64,000 bases of DNA from Fimbriosthenelais zetlandica (lineage: Eukaryota), in the NCBI GenBank assembly GCA_977030845.1, contig OZ365115.1:12834001-12898000 (forward strand), written 5' to 3'. Each line of letters starts with the position of its first letter. Positions within the stretch are counted from its first letter, which is position 1. Shown piece after piece: positions 21,601 to 35,770 of the stretch. Made by a program: the position numbers and the translations under genes. Below the pieces are notes generated by a model. That model worked only from the letters and a program-made list of their open reading frames with translations. It was not told where the DNA came from and searched no databases.

Positions 21601-24577
21601 CTGTTGGAAGGAAGCCATCCCTTACGTTGATTACTAAGGGGAGTGAATGAGAAGAGGCAAGTCTGTCTCCTGCCCAGCCCTCCAGCATAAACCCCCTGAA
21701 CAAGCTGGTGCCCCTCTGTGATCATGGACCATACATTGCCCCCGATACCCCATACAACACCTCTTTATACAGGCTCACCAAGTGTTTCCATGGCATTACC
21801 ATGGTGAATTATATGAAGCAGGCATGAGTTAGCAGTGAAGGGGAGAAGGTTGCTCGGCTTGCCCCGCATCCATGTATAGAAACCTTAATGTTGTTAGGTT
21901 TGCCGCTCAGCAGTGTTGCCTCTTCATGACTGTGAGGTCTCGGCGAAAAGCCATGATGAAATTGGTGAAGAGCGCGTCTCGTTTTCTCCCCTTTTCAGGT
22001 GGAGAGGGGTAGGGTAAAGAGGAAGGTCGTGAATGACCTGGACCAGCTTCAGGGCTGAGGGTGGATGGTTGTATGACAAGACAAGTGATGGGGAGGACAC
22101 GGTAACAGCAGGCCCTTCATAATGGTCCACAACAAGCTAAGCTTTTATGAAAATGGCCGTGTCTTGCAATAATTTTATAATGAACGTTCCACCACTGGTG
22201 CGATTTCCTTATGACACACGTGCAATAAGTACCCGCAAATGTGTCCCAGAGCACCACCGGAGGATGGCCTTTATGTCTTTAACACCTTCCAGCACAATTT
22301 ATGACTTTTATTGCTATTTAGGGCCTAATATTTATGCAAACTGTGTCGCACGTTTGTCGCAAGCACAGCTTTTACTATCACGAAGGCTCGTAGGAAAGAA
22401 ACTCAACCCCACGATGGCCACTTGCATAGTAGGCTACGAAACTCATAGTAAAATGACCTCAGCGTATTGCATGGATTCTCATCCAGTGTCGAAAGTAATA
22501 TTCATAAAAACATAAGGAAACTCGCACTAGGAGATAAGTTTCATATTACAATTTCAAATCTCCCCTCAACATTATTATCTGGCTGTTATTCGTTTTTACA
22601 ATCAGCGCCATTTATTATCTGCAATTCGTTTAATAATATAATAAATATGGATGATAAAATAGTTCAATGTTTTCTTTGATTAATCTGGGAGTTAGGGACG
22701 AAGCATCAATGCAATTTTACATATTATTCCATTAAGGTAATCCGCTGTAGTAAATTGGATGGTGCATTTTCATCTCTATAAAACCTACCTCTGTAATTTA
22801 ATATAAACTTTGGGCGGGATCCTGAACAACATTACCGATGTGAGTAATGATTTTTGTAGAGTGTACAATGCAGAGTCCTCTTACTACATTTTATTCTCAT
22901 TTTACTTTTTTCATCTGACAATCCATCATACGGGAATGGATCCACATACATCAGATTTTAATGAGTGTAAAGTAGATAATGTATTAAAAAGCAAACAGCA
23001 AGAAGGAATAAGCTTTTACAGAAAGGTTGAAAGGCCATAAAACAATGCTTTTTATTACAACAAGCCACAGGGTGAAATAAAAGCCATCCACTTACATATA
23101 AATCTCCACCCATTTAAAATCTGCCGGCTTGGCATTTATCTAAAAAGCCAAAACCTTATACCATATCGGGTCTTCACATCCTATATCATTGCCCACTCGT
23201 CTAAAATAAAACCTGAAAGCCTATACTTGTATTGTTTTAAAACTTAACATCCATCAACTTTTTAACACTTTCTCAGATACTGAGCAGAATAAATCTTTTA
23301 ATCAGAATCCTGTCAGCTTGGCTTCACCCTAAAAAGCCTTGCAAGTAAAACCATCTGACGTGTGTCCTTCAACATGTATCCATACCATGAACTGAAGCTG
23401 ATGTTTTAATGTCTGACACTACATATCAATCGCCTTTTTATTCCAGAACACTGAGTGAACTGCCTTGATCAGTAAAAACTAGCAACCCTTGTGTACTTTC
23501 AACCAAAGCTTTTGCTTTTGTTGCTGGGACGGCAGCAGCTCCAGCGTCTGCTGCCAGCTAGATGCTGCCAACGCCCCCTCCCGGCTCTCCATGGAGACGC
23601 CATGTGTTGATACCCTACTACTGATAGAGACGAGCTTCCCTCAGTGTTTTGCTGGTGCGGTCCGTGAAACAAGTGACAGACTGGCGGTGGATGGCTTAGC
23701 AGGCCCTGAGTCTATCACACGTGGTGAGCTACCCAACCAAAGCTTAACCAGAAGTCAGGGCCGCAAGGCTCATCATATAGAGCTTCTCTCTCTCTACATC
23801 ATCTCCAACTGCCACTCACTGAGCAGCTCCTCCTCACTGCAGCTCCGAGCAGCTGAATGAAGCTCAAAGAAAGCTTTAACTGAGAATCGGTAGTGATCCG
23901 GTGTCACGGTGAAGGCATTCATAGTGGCTACACACAGGTGCTTACCCACGAGTTTTGGTGAGTATCTGGACCTGGGCCAAGAGTAGCAGACTTTGACTGA
24001 TCCATCATTCATGGATCAAGCTACAGAGAGAGGACTGAAAAAACAGGATTCAGAGGACAAGATCTGAAAGTTGATTCACCAGGGAATCTTTAAGGCATCA
24101 GGGTCCAGTTACATTGTAGTCACTGAGCTGTGCACTGAGGCAAAACAACAATACAAGTATTTGGTATGTACTGCACATGTATGTACATAAAAAGAAGCTG
24201 CTTCATCTATTAAATCTGTCCATCTTGCACATATAGATTACTCAAATCTTCTTTGTTTCATCCAGCACTGCATAAAAACTCTCAGTGGAAAGTATAACAC
24301 CCAAAGCACAAGTGTCCAATTTGGCTCTCACATCTCCCTTAAGCATCAGAGCGCAACACTAAAAGCCTACCCATATTGGCTTATCTTCTACATAGACTCC
24401 ATCAGTCTCACTCCACCATCCTTCCTTTTACCATATCATCTCTGTTAGTCAGGGAAGGACGCAATCTTAAAGGACATATAAGCCTAGCTACTTAAAGGGA
24501 AATGTATCTCTTGCCATATCCATGCACTTGAGCATTACTGTCGTATAGGACTAACTATACTGTTTCATATATCTGTA

Positions 24578-24659
24578 ATGGACTTGGTGGAACCTCCCAG
24601 GGCTCAGCGTCAGTCATTACTCAGTCGAATCTTCACCCAGAGGAAGCCCGCCAGTCAAG
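24578..24659 (+). other. Candidate first coding exon of an unidentified spliced gene
   Basis: ATG 24578, open as MDLVEPPRAQRQSLLSRIFTQRKPASQ plus 1 nt, donor CAAG|GTAATT; locally GC-rich; TATAAG at 24477. No homology recognised. Confidence 0.3.
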
Positions 24660-25849
24660 GTAATTCTCATCGTTATTAAAGGCTTATGTGGTCTCAAGTG
24701 TTATACCTGCAATTAGTTGATTTCATTTGCGTGGGATTACGACCACCACTACGGTGTATTAATCCATCTTTTTTTTTGTGTAACAAGTAAATTAAACTGG
24801 GGAGAACGTTCATTTAGCAATTGCTCTGGCTGATATGAACCTTGTAAGATAACTTTCTGTGTAATTCAGCGATCAATAGTCATATCGACTTTCACATGCA
24901 TTAAAGACTTTTTAAGTTGGATTATATTTTTGGAAATGGACATCAAATTGACATCATCTCGGCTTAATAATAAGGTGTGTGGGTGGGATATGATGGCAAT
25001 TACAATGATGTTTCTTAGCAGTTCTAAATCTTTCACTCGTGTTACATAGCAATTAAAAAGACCGCAAAAAGATCAACTTAACATCAATCAAGTCACGGGC
25101 AATGTTCAAACATTCCAAGAAGTATCTTTCTTATAGTCTATACATTTTGCAGGCTATCGCACTTTAAGTGTAATATTAGATTTCACACACCATATACGAC
25201 GTGATCAATTGGGAATGGGAGAAGCACTCTCTTATAGCAGTTAATTGGATTTTTATCTCCAATAATAGGATATTATTAAGATAGAATAACTATCTCAGTG
25301 TCGGATCCCGAGCTTTAGAATTATCCACAGTTTCAATTACTATAAATCAAGTTCAAGAGAGCAGGGGTCTGTTTCAGCGTAAAAAAGTCCCATAGACTTA
25401 GTATTGCTAATTATTGTTCTGAAACAGGCCACAGTTGACATAACCAATAAACTATAATTATTGCAAAATTTACACATCAGATTCTACTTTAAGAAGTAGC
25501 CTACACCTTGGCAATTATGAACCTCAAGATCATCAAATAAACATGGAAAAATAAAGGTATAATCTATAAGTCTATGAGAATTATCTGTTTTATCAAAGGT
25601 AGTTCAATCCTTGATTGGATTATATTTCATAAATGCCTATTGCATGCTATGCATGGGGTTTGTAATGTATCATGATGGAGGGTTTCTACTCTCATAATAA
25701 AAATATGAATATTCATGTTGGTTGGGCAATTTATAAACAATGATAGCACTGTGTATATAAGGAGGAGTAGGTTGAGCATCTCTCCACCACCCCTCATCTC
25801 AGCCCCTCACTTTAATCCAGTGGATGAGAACACATCTTACCCCCTGCCC

Positions 25850-25980
25850 ATCAATAATAAGTGCCTACAGACACCCCAACCCCCAGCCCGGAGAGACGCG
25901 AGGCCCCGGCCCGTCCCTTACTATCAATAAGTCATCCCTTACACGCCCAGCGTATCAATAACCAATAATCAGTGATTGGC
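25850..25980. promoter_or_regulatory. Cluster of ATCAATA (Onecut/Cut-like) and CCAAT motifs
   Basis: ATCAATA at 25850, 25923 and 25954; ACCAAT at 25961; GATTGG at 25974; GC-rich surroundings; TATATAAG about 100 nt upstream. Confidence 0.3.
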
Positions 25981-28900
25981 TCAAGGGGGTTCATAATGAC
26001 TCAGTCAATAGAGGGTGGGGCAAGGCTGGCATGCAGTAGTCCGACTGATGGCTCCTTTATGTCATTCAGACAGTCTTCAATATGAGTAGATAGAGAGATG
26101 GTGCAGTGTACTGTACTTAAATAGGATCAATTAAGTTGAAGGCTTCTCTTGAGATTGGCATGACCTTTTGCCATATTGCATTTCGCTGCATGGGTGCCTT
26201 AAGTTCAATAAATCAAGGATGATTGCACCAAAGGGAACTGATTAAAACAGTAGAAGCAGCCTAGGGTCAAATCAAGCTCTGAATTGGTGGGAAAATAAGT
26301 GGGAATAGCTCCCGATTGATGTCACTCGAAAAGGGAAGTAGATCCATCTCCAGACTAGACCAATCATTTTTCTGTGAATATGTCAGTCTAGACCAGTCAC
26401 TTGTTCAATCTGCTTGGTGTAAGCACCAAAAATACCTCCCAATTCCATCAGAGACTTTTGCATCTCGGACATAATGAAATATAGACATTATCTCTCTTTT
26501 GCTGAAATGAATCCTCAAGTGGGCCTGGCCCCTTGATCACCAAAACCCACTTTATTGTAATCAGTTTTGACATTATGGAGGGGCAAACTCCATTATGCCA
26601 GCATTATTTTGTTATGTATTATGTATTTATCGTCACTATCACCATGAGATATGGACCTTTTACCTCTCTTATCAACACAATTTATACCTTGATAGGTGAC
26701 ATTAATCACTTATTGCCCTGACAGGGAACCTTTTGCAAGTTGAGCTATTATTGTTTGCACAGGGCCAGCTGCAGAAGGTGTGTGAATGATTTATATCAAA
26801 TATTGCGAGCAACACCTAAACAAACCCTGGCAGCGCACACTTGAGCAACTCCTCGAAGTGTCACAAGGGGGCGATAATGAAAGAGAGATTGGAGGCTGAT
26901 TAGATTAGGCTTATCTCTGTATCATCTTTCATTCAGTAACAAGGCTAGGATGATATTAATGGTGACTTGCTGGTTTGCTGACATGTCTCTCAGAGTGAGC
27001 CACTCCCCCGCGTCTTGTCAGCTCAAGAAATGAGCTGCTCATATCAACTACTGAATAAATGATGAAAGTATTTCCCTCCTAAAAACCGGTAGTTATTCTC
27101 CTATAAAACTGCCATATTAGGGTGGCCAGCAAGCAACTCAATACATGACATAAAGAAAGGGATGTAATAATAATAGGTATGTCTCAAAAATATAACAAAC
27201 ACTTCATGCATGTTGGCCTATACATTGTTTGATTAAGATTTATCTTTGTAAAGCAGACAGGTCCGATAAAATGCTACAAGGTTCTCACAGTGGGGGGCGT
27301 TTTACATGCATCTCACCACACGCTGTGGGAGACATGGTTAGCAATTCACTTGCCTCTCACTGGAGATATGGGTTGATTAATCTAGTTAGCAGCTCTGTCC
27401 ATACATCAAATGTAGCAAAGCTGATGCACATAAGTATTGATAATTCGGATCAAGGTATGTGCTACTCCCACAAGCAAGTTCAGAGCCATGAATAGCATGT
27501 TCAGTCCAAATGAAGGGAACAAGGTCAAGTAAGCATTAGCTGAGCTGATCGATCAAGAAAAGTATTTCCAGGGTCATTAAAAGAAATCATTAGAATTGAT
27601 TTTCTAGCATGTTTCAGAACACAATTTGAGACATTTCCCGAGCTTATCTCGCCTTCTGTTTCTGCATGACCATTCAATGAGTGGGCATTATGGAACCAGT
27701 TTAGGCTATAAATGGTAAACACGAAAAGAAGATGTATAACAATGGCGATCTATACAGTGTCAAGTGATGTAGCTGGGGATTTTAAAACCAGGACATACTT
27801 TGAGAACCTCCATGTTCTGTTGCCTGCAATGTCCTTCAGCTGTCGTTTCATCGATCCACCGACACAGAAACGTAAACCTAGTTCTTGCGCGGTCCACCGC
27901 TGTTAACAAAATCACACGCTCCCCCCTGTCCTTCCCTGTTAGCTAGTGCAGGACATCGTTAACAAGGCACATCTGTTAATGAACAGGATAACACTGCCAC
28001 TCACTGAAGTGTGTGGCAGGAAAAATGTCATCTCAAGAATGTGAGAGGGTTTTTAACGGTGGAAGTGGGTAGAAGTATGGGATGACAGCAAATCCTAATT
28101 GGATGTAGTTTTGAGGTATTCAACAGACAGCTGTCGGCAGGTGAAAATTGCTTCATGGGTCTTACTTATCCTTTGTTGAAGTTGTTATGTAAAGAATTTG
28201 AAGTAAAAGTTGATCAAAGTCATACTGTGATCGATCCTGAAGAGAGTTGCACCATGTTCTTTGGGGGAAAAGTATATGGAATGAGGGGAAAAGGCTGAAA
28301 CGCATTATTTACTGTAGACATTTTGCATATGGAATGAGGGAGAGTGGGAGTTATGACAGCCTAAAATTTCCTATTCCCACTGAACAATCAGGAAACACAC
28401 ATTCGGAAGACAATGTCCTGCTCTTCTCGAAAGACAGCAAAATTGTTCCTTTAAATGCAGGCATGTAGTGAGAAACATGACTAGACTTTGATATCTCTAT
28501 TCTGTATCTATTTTCAGAGTGCATGGCCATAGTGAAAATACCACCCTCCGTACGGTCCAATCAATTGAATTCTTGCAGCATATTTAGCCTGGAAAATCTA
28601 TATTCCGAGAATATCGCCCTTTAGTGCCCGGGTGAAAATTGACTTTTAAACTGCTTCTTTTTTGGGACTCGTGAGAAGACCGAGTGGGCCAAATTATGGG
28701 TGAAGTGCACCAATACTGCTAAAGTTACGAGGGCATGTACTCAAGTACTCAGACCAGGGAAGGGCTAAGATGAACATGGAGATCATGGGATGTGAAGCAT
28801 GAACGTAAGGGCCCCTTAAAGCGGCTCTATTACCGTCCAGAGTACGATCAACTACTCTTAATATACTTGGACTCGGAAATTGTCGTGATCTAAGCGCTGT

Positions 28901-30559
28901 GATTCCCAGATAATCCCACCAACTCACGACCAAATGTGCAACTTGGAACTTCTCTGAACAAAATAGACATAAAAGTTTGAAGTACCATTCACATATAAGT
29001 GATGCTGTCGCTTTAATAACAGGCGGATACTTTCACACTGTCCCACTGGTAGTTTATATTCAGCCCAGTATTATATTTTTCAAACATTTGATACCAATAT
29101 AATAGAACTGACTTCAGCCGCACAAAAGCCAGGAAATAAAACATTCCAAGTGTAGTGCTTTTTACCTTATACCGCATCGTAAACTATAGCTGTGAGTTTG
29201 GCAAGCCAGACGTCAAAACATTTTACAATTCCACACGCCGCACATCACCCATGTCATTTAAATAACACTATTCCCGGAGCCGAGCTAAACTATCCATACA
29301 CGTATATCCATTGAATACCCACTTTTTTCTCCGTTACATCTTCCGTTGTCTAACCAGTTTTTGGTCATGTTTTTCCCATGTATGGCATTTAAGCTCGGGA
29401 TTGTTTGCCCCGTTTACAGCGGATTGACTTTGCCCGTTTTTGTCGCCCTTGACTTGCTGCTGAATATGGTCTTTAACTGTGTAGAATATTTGGCTTGGAC
29501 TTCAAAGGCTTGTATAGGATAGTGATGGTGTAGGCAGGCTAGCAGGGCCCTGTCAATACAATCAGTGCACCCCTGTTGTATATAGTTATTCTGCACTTAT
29601 GTCCGCGTCACTAAAATACCCAAAGTACGTTTTACTGACATTTTCAGTTGATTTAAACGGTTCACCAGTAGCATTTGGCTTCATTGGGCATCTAATACCA
29701 AGTTCTAAGATGACATTTAATGAATGAAAGCATATATGTCCAGTTTATCGCCATGCTATCCATGTCAAGAACAAACTATATATCGTGCATGTATACATGC
29801 ATGTACAAGTTCATTTAACAAATTATTGTTTTATATCCTTGACATAAAACAGCACCCTATATCTGCAATCTAAATCCGCATTAAAGTAAAATTGATGACA
29901 GAAAAAAACATTTCCCTGACATGCAATATATTTAACAAGCCATCTGCTTTCCCCAGATTCAATAACGTCAGCCCAGTCTCTACTTCGTAACAGTATTATA
30001 CAAGAATTCACCTCTTCAGCCCCTCCTTGTATTCTCATATAATTATTATACTCTCAGAGGATGGCTATCGCTTACATAATCCTTCACCATAACCACTTTA
30101 CCGAGGAGAAAAGAAGACAGACATTGATATCATAAAGCTCCTATAGAATATAAAAACTTAAACGTCAGATCAGACACTAACCCGCGTTCTTCGATCGGAA
30201 ACCTCAGTGAAAAAAGATCGATATAACTTCAGGAACACCCTGATGGATGCAGTATTTTCTCATCAGTATTTTTCTAGTGGAAATTGGAAAAAGGTACTTT
30301 CTGTACAGTATGTTGTCAAGCAGATTATTAATACATATTGTAATATCCGGTATGGGGCGATGTACTAATGGATCTATTCAATGATATGATATAATTTAGA
30401 GTCTTCACCTGTTCACTTGTTCATGGTGTAATGGTATATCATGCGGGATGGATGACAAAATGTCAGGACAAGAGGACGGCTCTATTTGTTGTCATATACA
30501 GAGGTGGGGGAGGTGAAGGCAGGGCGGACGGGACCGATTGGAGAGGCAGAGATGGGATT

Positions 30560-30740
30560 ATTCACTTACATAATCACTCACTTTCTCACTCACTTATGTA
30601 TTCCCTCACTCACATATTCATTCGCAACTACTGACTTATCCGCTCCCTCTCTCACTCACTCACTCGCTCCCTCACTCACCCCACCACTCACACCTAAACT
30701 ACTCAGCCTCTACTCATTCACTGTCTCACTCACCCACCCA
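30560..30740 (+). repeat. Degenerate (TCAC)n tetranucleotide repeat
   Basis: Many CTCACTCAC units; reverse complement of the repeat type at 2686. Confidence 0.8.
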
Positions 30741-32052
30741 CTGATATATCCCGCTATTCACCTTATTAAATCAGTAGACATAATCCATTGTAAAGTTAGA
30801 GCGGTTGACTTCTTGTTTCACAGCGAAGTTTTCTCTGTAGAAAAGGGAATTATTCCTACATATGAGGCAGTGGGATTAGCCAGGAGAATCTGTATATCTT
30901 TATGTATCAGAGCGGTGTTGGATTAGTATAATCCTTGTCCAGATCCTTGTTATCCCTGGCCATGCTACTCTCTGATCCTGGGGACTGATCCCACCATCCT
31001 ACTACTGGCACTCTCTTACCATAAAGAAGGAAATCCAAGCTCAGACTGTCTCCCACCCACCATTACATTGTATTTCTTTCTCAAGAATTATGTTTTGACT
31101 GTAGTAAAAAAAAGTTACTGTAGAAAAGAGAGGAAAAAGGGGAAGGTAGAAAAATGTGCTTTGCTCATCTGTAACCTCGTACCAACGTATTATGCGAATA
31201 TAGTGCTCTTAAACATCCTTGAAAGCAGCAATTTTTCAAGAAACGCACCATGGCAACAGAATAGGCTGCTTTTTACAAAAGGGCAGCCATATACATGCCT
31301 CTTACCAAAGATAGTGGAAGACATGGCTGGCTATTTGCATGCCTCTCACGATAGACCGTGGGATACATGGCTGGCCTTTGATACCGCAGTTAGCAGCACT
31401 GGGTGGAGACGGCCAATGGTCCATCCACAAAACTTTTTGTTATTATATCCGCAGGGATCTGATAACTAAAATAAGATAAATCAGGTCTACCATTATGCTG
31501 AAACCAGCAACTTCCTTCTAATCCCCGCAGCCATCTTGGTTCTTTGCCTGATTACCAGCTGTATATCATTGCGCTCCCCCATCGCCATCTGACCCGGCCG
31601 TATATATGTACATGCTGCCGCCAGGAAAAGTAGTACCGACTGGAGAAAAGTAGTGCCGGCAGCCGTGGGCCAGGCAGCTCCAGCATGGCATATTAATGGG
31701 CACATATTCATATATGGCTCGATAAAGTTTCATGGCCGGAGGGGAAATATCATTGATCCCCATCATAGCCCCATACATAGCTGAGGAAATGCAGGAATTA
31801 ATCTGATTTAATGATACCTTAATGAGACGAAACTGGTACCTCTTAAAGGATTTATTCTCACTCGAAATGTTATCATTGGTCTGGTCTAAGAGCAAATAGC
31901 ATGTGTGTCTTTAACACTTTTCTAATGTCTAATATACTATTGTATTCGCGGCTGATTAAATCTAGAGCATACATTTCTATGAAGATCTATATCTTAGGGT
32001 AAAATGTCAATACTGAATCAACTATAGAAGGAATTTATTTTTCTTTATCTAG

Positions 32053-32125
32053 ATTAATCCCTGTCGCTGGATACTCGCTTCTTCACTCACTCTGTACATC
32101 CGTCAGGATCGTGGTAAACATTTAG
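32053..32125 (+). other. Candidate orphan internal exon (73 nt)
   Basis: Acceptor TTTATTTTTCTTTATCTAG| and donor TAG|GTGAGT; open only in phase 0 to 1 (INPCRWILASSLTLYIRQDRGKHL), otherwise non-coding. Confidence 0.35.
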
Positions 32126-35100
32126 GTGAGTAATTAATTATTTTTGGTGAGTTATGTCATAGATCTTGCCTGCACTGAACCAGCATATAAATGGCACATA
32201 AGCTGCCAAAGCCTCGCGCTGCGGTGTAAATTCCTAATGAAATATTTACTGAGCAAGAAGTCTCTCAAGGGACGTGCTCCTTAAATGCACAACCATGAAT
32301 GTGAGCGAATATATGGGCGCAGCACCTGCTGCAGACCAAGAGATCATTTATCAGTCTGAAGTGGTTGAATTTGAACAGCGTTTACTAAGCATCCTACTAA
32401 GTTAAAATATGTAGAAACATAAAACCTGTTGTGCATTATATATCAGGATGTATCATGTTCCCTTGGATACAAAGGTGGTGTTAAATCACTGCGTACTGCA
32501 AGTATATTTTTTTTGTGTTATACACTTTAATTTGAAGCCGAGAAATATCAAGAATAATAATATGACAAAGTAATAAAGTTTCCAATGCCAGCCAGTCACT
32601 TAGTGCAGATAGCAGCATACAACCTGTGTAGGAGAGCGCATCATGGAAATCTTTCACCAATCTTTCTGCAACACCCTTCATCTCCTATCAACAACTTTAT
32701 AACTAGGCCTTGATATAAGTTGTTGCACTAACCATGAATTCGTCTTTGAAATACAAATAAGGGCTTCAAATACACCTTCATTTCTGCTCCTTCCATTCCG
32801 TGATGGTAACAACTCTTGGTCGCAGAAGCCATTACTGGTTATAATTAAAGCATGCGTATTTATGATACAGATACTACGGAATTAGTATGATTGGTCTTGG
32901 AAAACCTAATTAGCTTTAATATCTGAATTCACCAGACACGCTAATAATTTAGGGAATGGATTTTAATGCATGAAGCATATTCACAGCATAAACTTGATTC
33001 AGCAATTGTTTAGGTCTAATTCAGTGGCGTGTTTAGTTCCATGTTATGCTAAAGTCTATGTCTCGCGTTTAAATTGGCTCTGTCGCAAATCTGCTCCCCA
33101 TACAAAGAATGTATGTGATATTTATTTAATATTTGTTCCATTGCACTTTTCGGCAGCACATTAGTGTGTGACTGGAACTTGGTCAGATTAAAGCAATGAT
33201 TCGTCAATCTCCTAGCCAATGCCCAATCTAGAATATATATGGGACATACATTGTAAATCTAGGTGAAACTGAGTGATTTTCTATGTGAATTTCAAGGCGC
33301 CTCTTAGATCAGTGAGAGACAATGCTGTTATAAGTCTCCACAATGTCACCACCAACAATAACTTAATGCGGCACATACTGCATGATAATATTATATGAAG
33401 CATCGTCAACTAATAAAAAATCACCAATGAGGTGTAGGTGGTAGGAATATGGACTATCATAAGGTCCTTCCTGGGCATACATTATGCGACAAGAGTCCCG
33501 CCAGACATAGAGAAACGATAAAGTATTCTCCGGAACATCCCATACCACCCACCACTTCCCTGTCTGCAATAATCAGCACACGCAAAATACCTATTCCCAC
33601 TCGTGTTCCCCGAGTGCCACTGATTGGCGCTCTCACTCGGCTCTCAAGTCCACATAAATGATTGATTAATAGGCTAGATATTGAGATGGCTAGGTTACTC
33701 TTAGAATATTGGATTCTGTCACTAGGCCCCTTAATTGATAATGATTGATTCATTTAGGTTTTCTTCCTGAGCTTTGGTGTTTATGTATCTCTATGCAGCA
33801 GCAGGCTGAAAAGTCAATTGGAAGCAAGAAGGATACGTTATTATTGATCTATGGAGGCATAAAGGAAGATTGTAATTTCCTATTGAAAGCCCCAGAACAC
33901 ATCCACATTTCACCTTGAAATGGAGGAGAATGAAATGTATTATTTTACCTCTTTAAAAGTCAGACATATACCAAACTGCGCGAACAACTTTTGATGACCT
34001 TACAGACCCTGGCAACATTTGCCACAATGTTTTTTCCAATCATCCCAAAAGCAATACTTTACCATTTTAATATCGTTTGACTAGAGCCAGGGACAAACTG
34101 AAGGAACCAGCCTTTGCGGACCAAACTTTCCATAATCTTCCTCCCTATAGAACTTACTTAGATTGGTATTCTGGATTATATAAAAGCAAGAACAGGCACT
34201 GCTTTCTCAGTACTTAAGAGGGCAGCTGGTATAGACTTAACAGAGTTTGCAAATGCTCTGGAGTTTGGACACTTGAGGACCCACTGTGTCTGAGGACAGA
34301 GAAAAGCTTCCAGCAGTCGGAGAAGTGAAGTCACAAGTTGGTGACTGATTGATTACACATCGACTTTGCTGGCGTGAAGAGGAAAAAGATCCAAACCAAT
34401 GTGCAGATTGGTCTGCTTCATTTCTAACCATACATACATGCAGTGCGGATCCCACTCCCCAACCAGCCCCTAACTCATTCCGACAGTGCCGTAATCGAGC
34501 TGCCTCTTCTCCGCTAAATTTCTAATTTGAATAAATATTGCTGTTTCTGCTCCACCTATGATTGATGGTGGTTGACCTCGGAGGGTGCCAAGGCCTTCAC
34601 AGTCCGGGGATTTTTACAATTCAGATGGGTCTCACTACCCTCGACATGTATGTCCTTTAGATGAATATAAATGTGACATGGTATGAAGGGGTTGTGGGTA
34701 TTTGAAATGGAGACCTTATAGCTTGTGCTCAGCCTCAAATAAAGTGATCATTCAGGAAATGTCCACTCAGATCTGAGGCTTCAGATACATACATATCATT
34801 ATGTCCAATGCATTTCCTTCTTTATATACCTATATCCGGAGAAACATTTGGGTAAAGATAATTATAACAATTTCTGCGATATTGTGTGGAAATTCGCTTT
34901 TAAAATTGGAAATAGGCCAATACTCAAGTTGTTCGATGTCAGAGAATTAGGAAAAGAGCTGTTCTGAGCTTCTAACTAGTCTCCCTTACACAAAGCTTAC
35001 ACCTCTTTACACTTACACATCTTTAATATTTAATGAGATTAGGCCTAAGTCCTGGGTTCCTTCAAACTTTTACTGTATAGCCGATACTTAACTTCAAACA

Positions 35101-35770
35101 GTCCTGCAGACAATTGACAATCCTTATTTACAACAAACTTTACTCACAGTTCCTGTGTTATATACGATCACATCGAAAGCTAAAAAAAACATCAGTGCTA
35201 TCACAGTGCAGTGCTCCTCTTCAGCGTCTTGCCAAGAACCACCCAAAGTCCCCACTAGAAGAGAGCAATCCCTGATAATAAAGGTCACAATAGCTTCGTC
35301 TCTTCCCCCTTGTTCCCAAAGGAAGGAAATGTAGATACTGTCTGAGAGACTGAATCTAGTTGAAGCTCGTGGAAGTTGAACTTGACCTCCTGGAAAATTA
35401 GCTTCAACTTTGTGACAGAGATAGGAAGATGTAGTAGATGTCTGGACAAGGGGGCATTTAGAGGGGAGCATAACCCTGGTATACTAAAACAACACAATGG
35501 GCTTTATTTACCTATAGTTGTCTATCGTCCCTCAAGTCCCTTGGGCATTGATCATAAACCTTCACCGACTGATTATATCCATTCTCCAAGTACGTACCCT
35601 TTCTTTAGTGCGCCCTATAACATCGCCTCCAGGTCTCAAACAAAAAGTCTCAAACTGTTAAAGTTTATATAAACTTTTAAGGATGCCCAGGTCCCCAATT
35701 TCATATTTTCTTTCAACTTCAGAACTCGGCAAAAGCACCATATCTCATAGTGTTATGACAGACTTGCAGC

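Noticed and set aside
20470-22130. DIRS retrotransposon call
   Set aside because: Candidate motifs fall on both strands and are too weak to fix an orientation; kept only as an unclassified block.
30486-30926. 146-aa ORF with SLTH repeats
   Set aside because: Translation of the (TCAC)n microsatellite.
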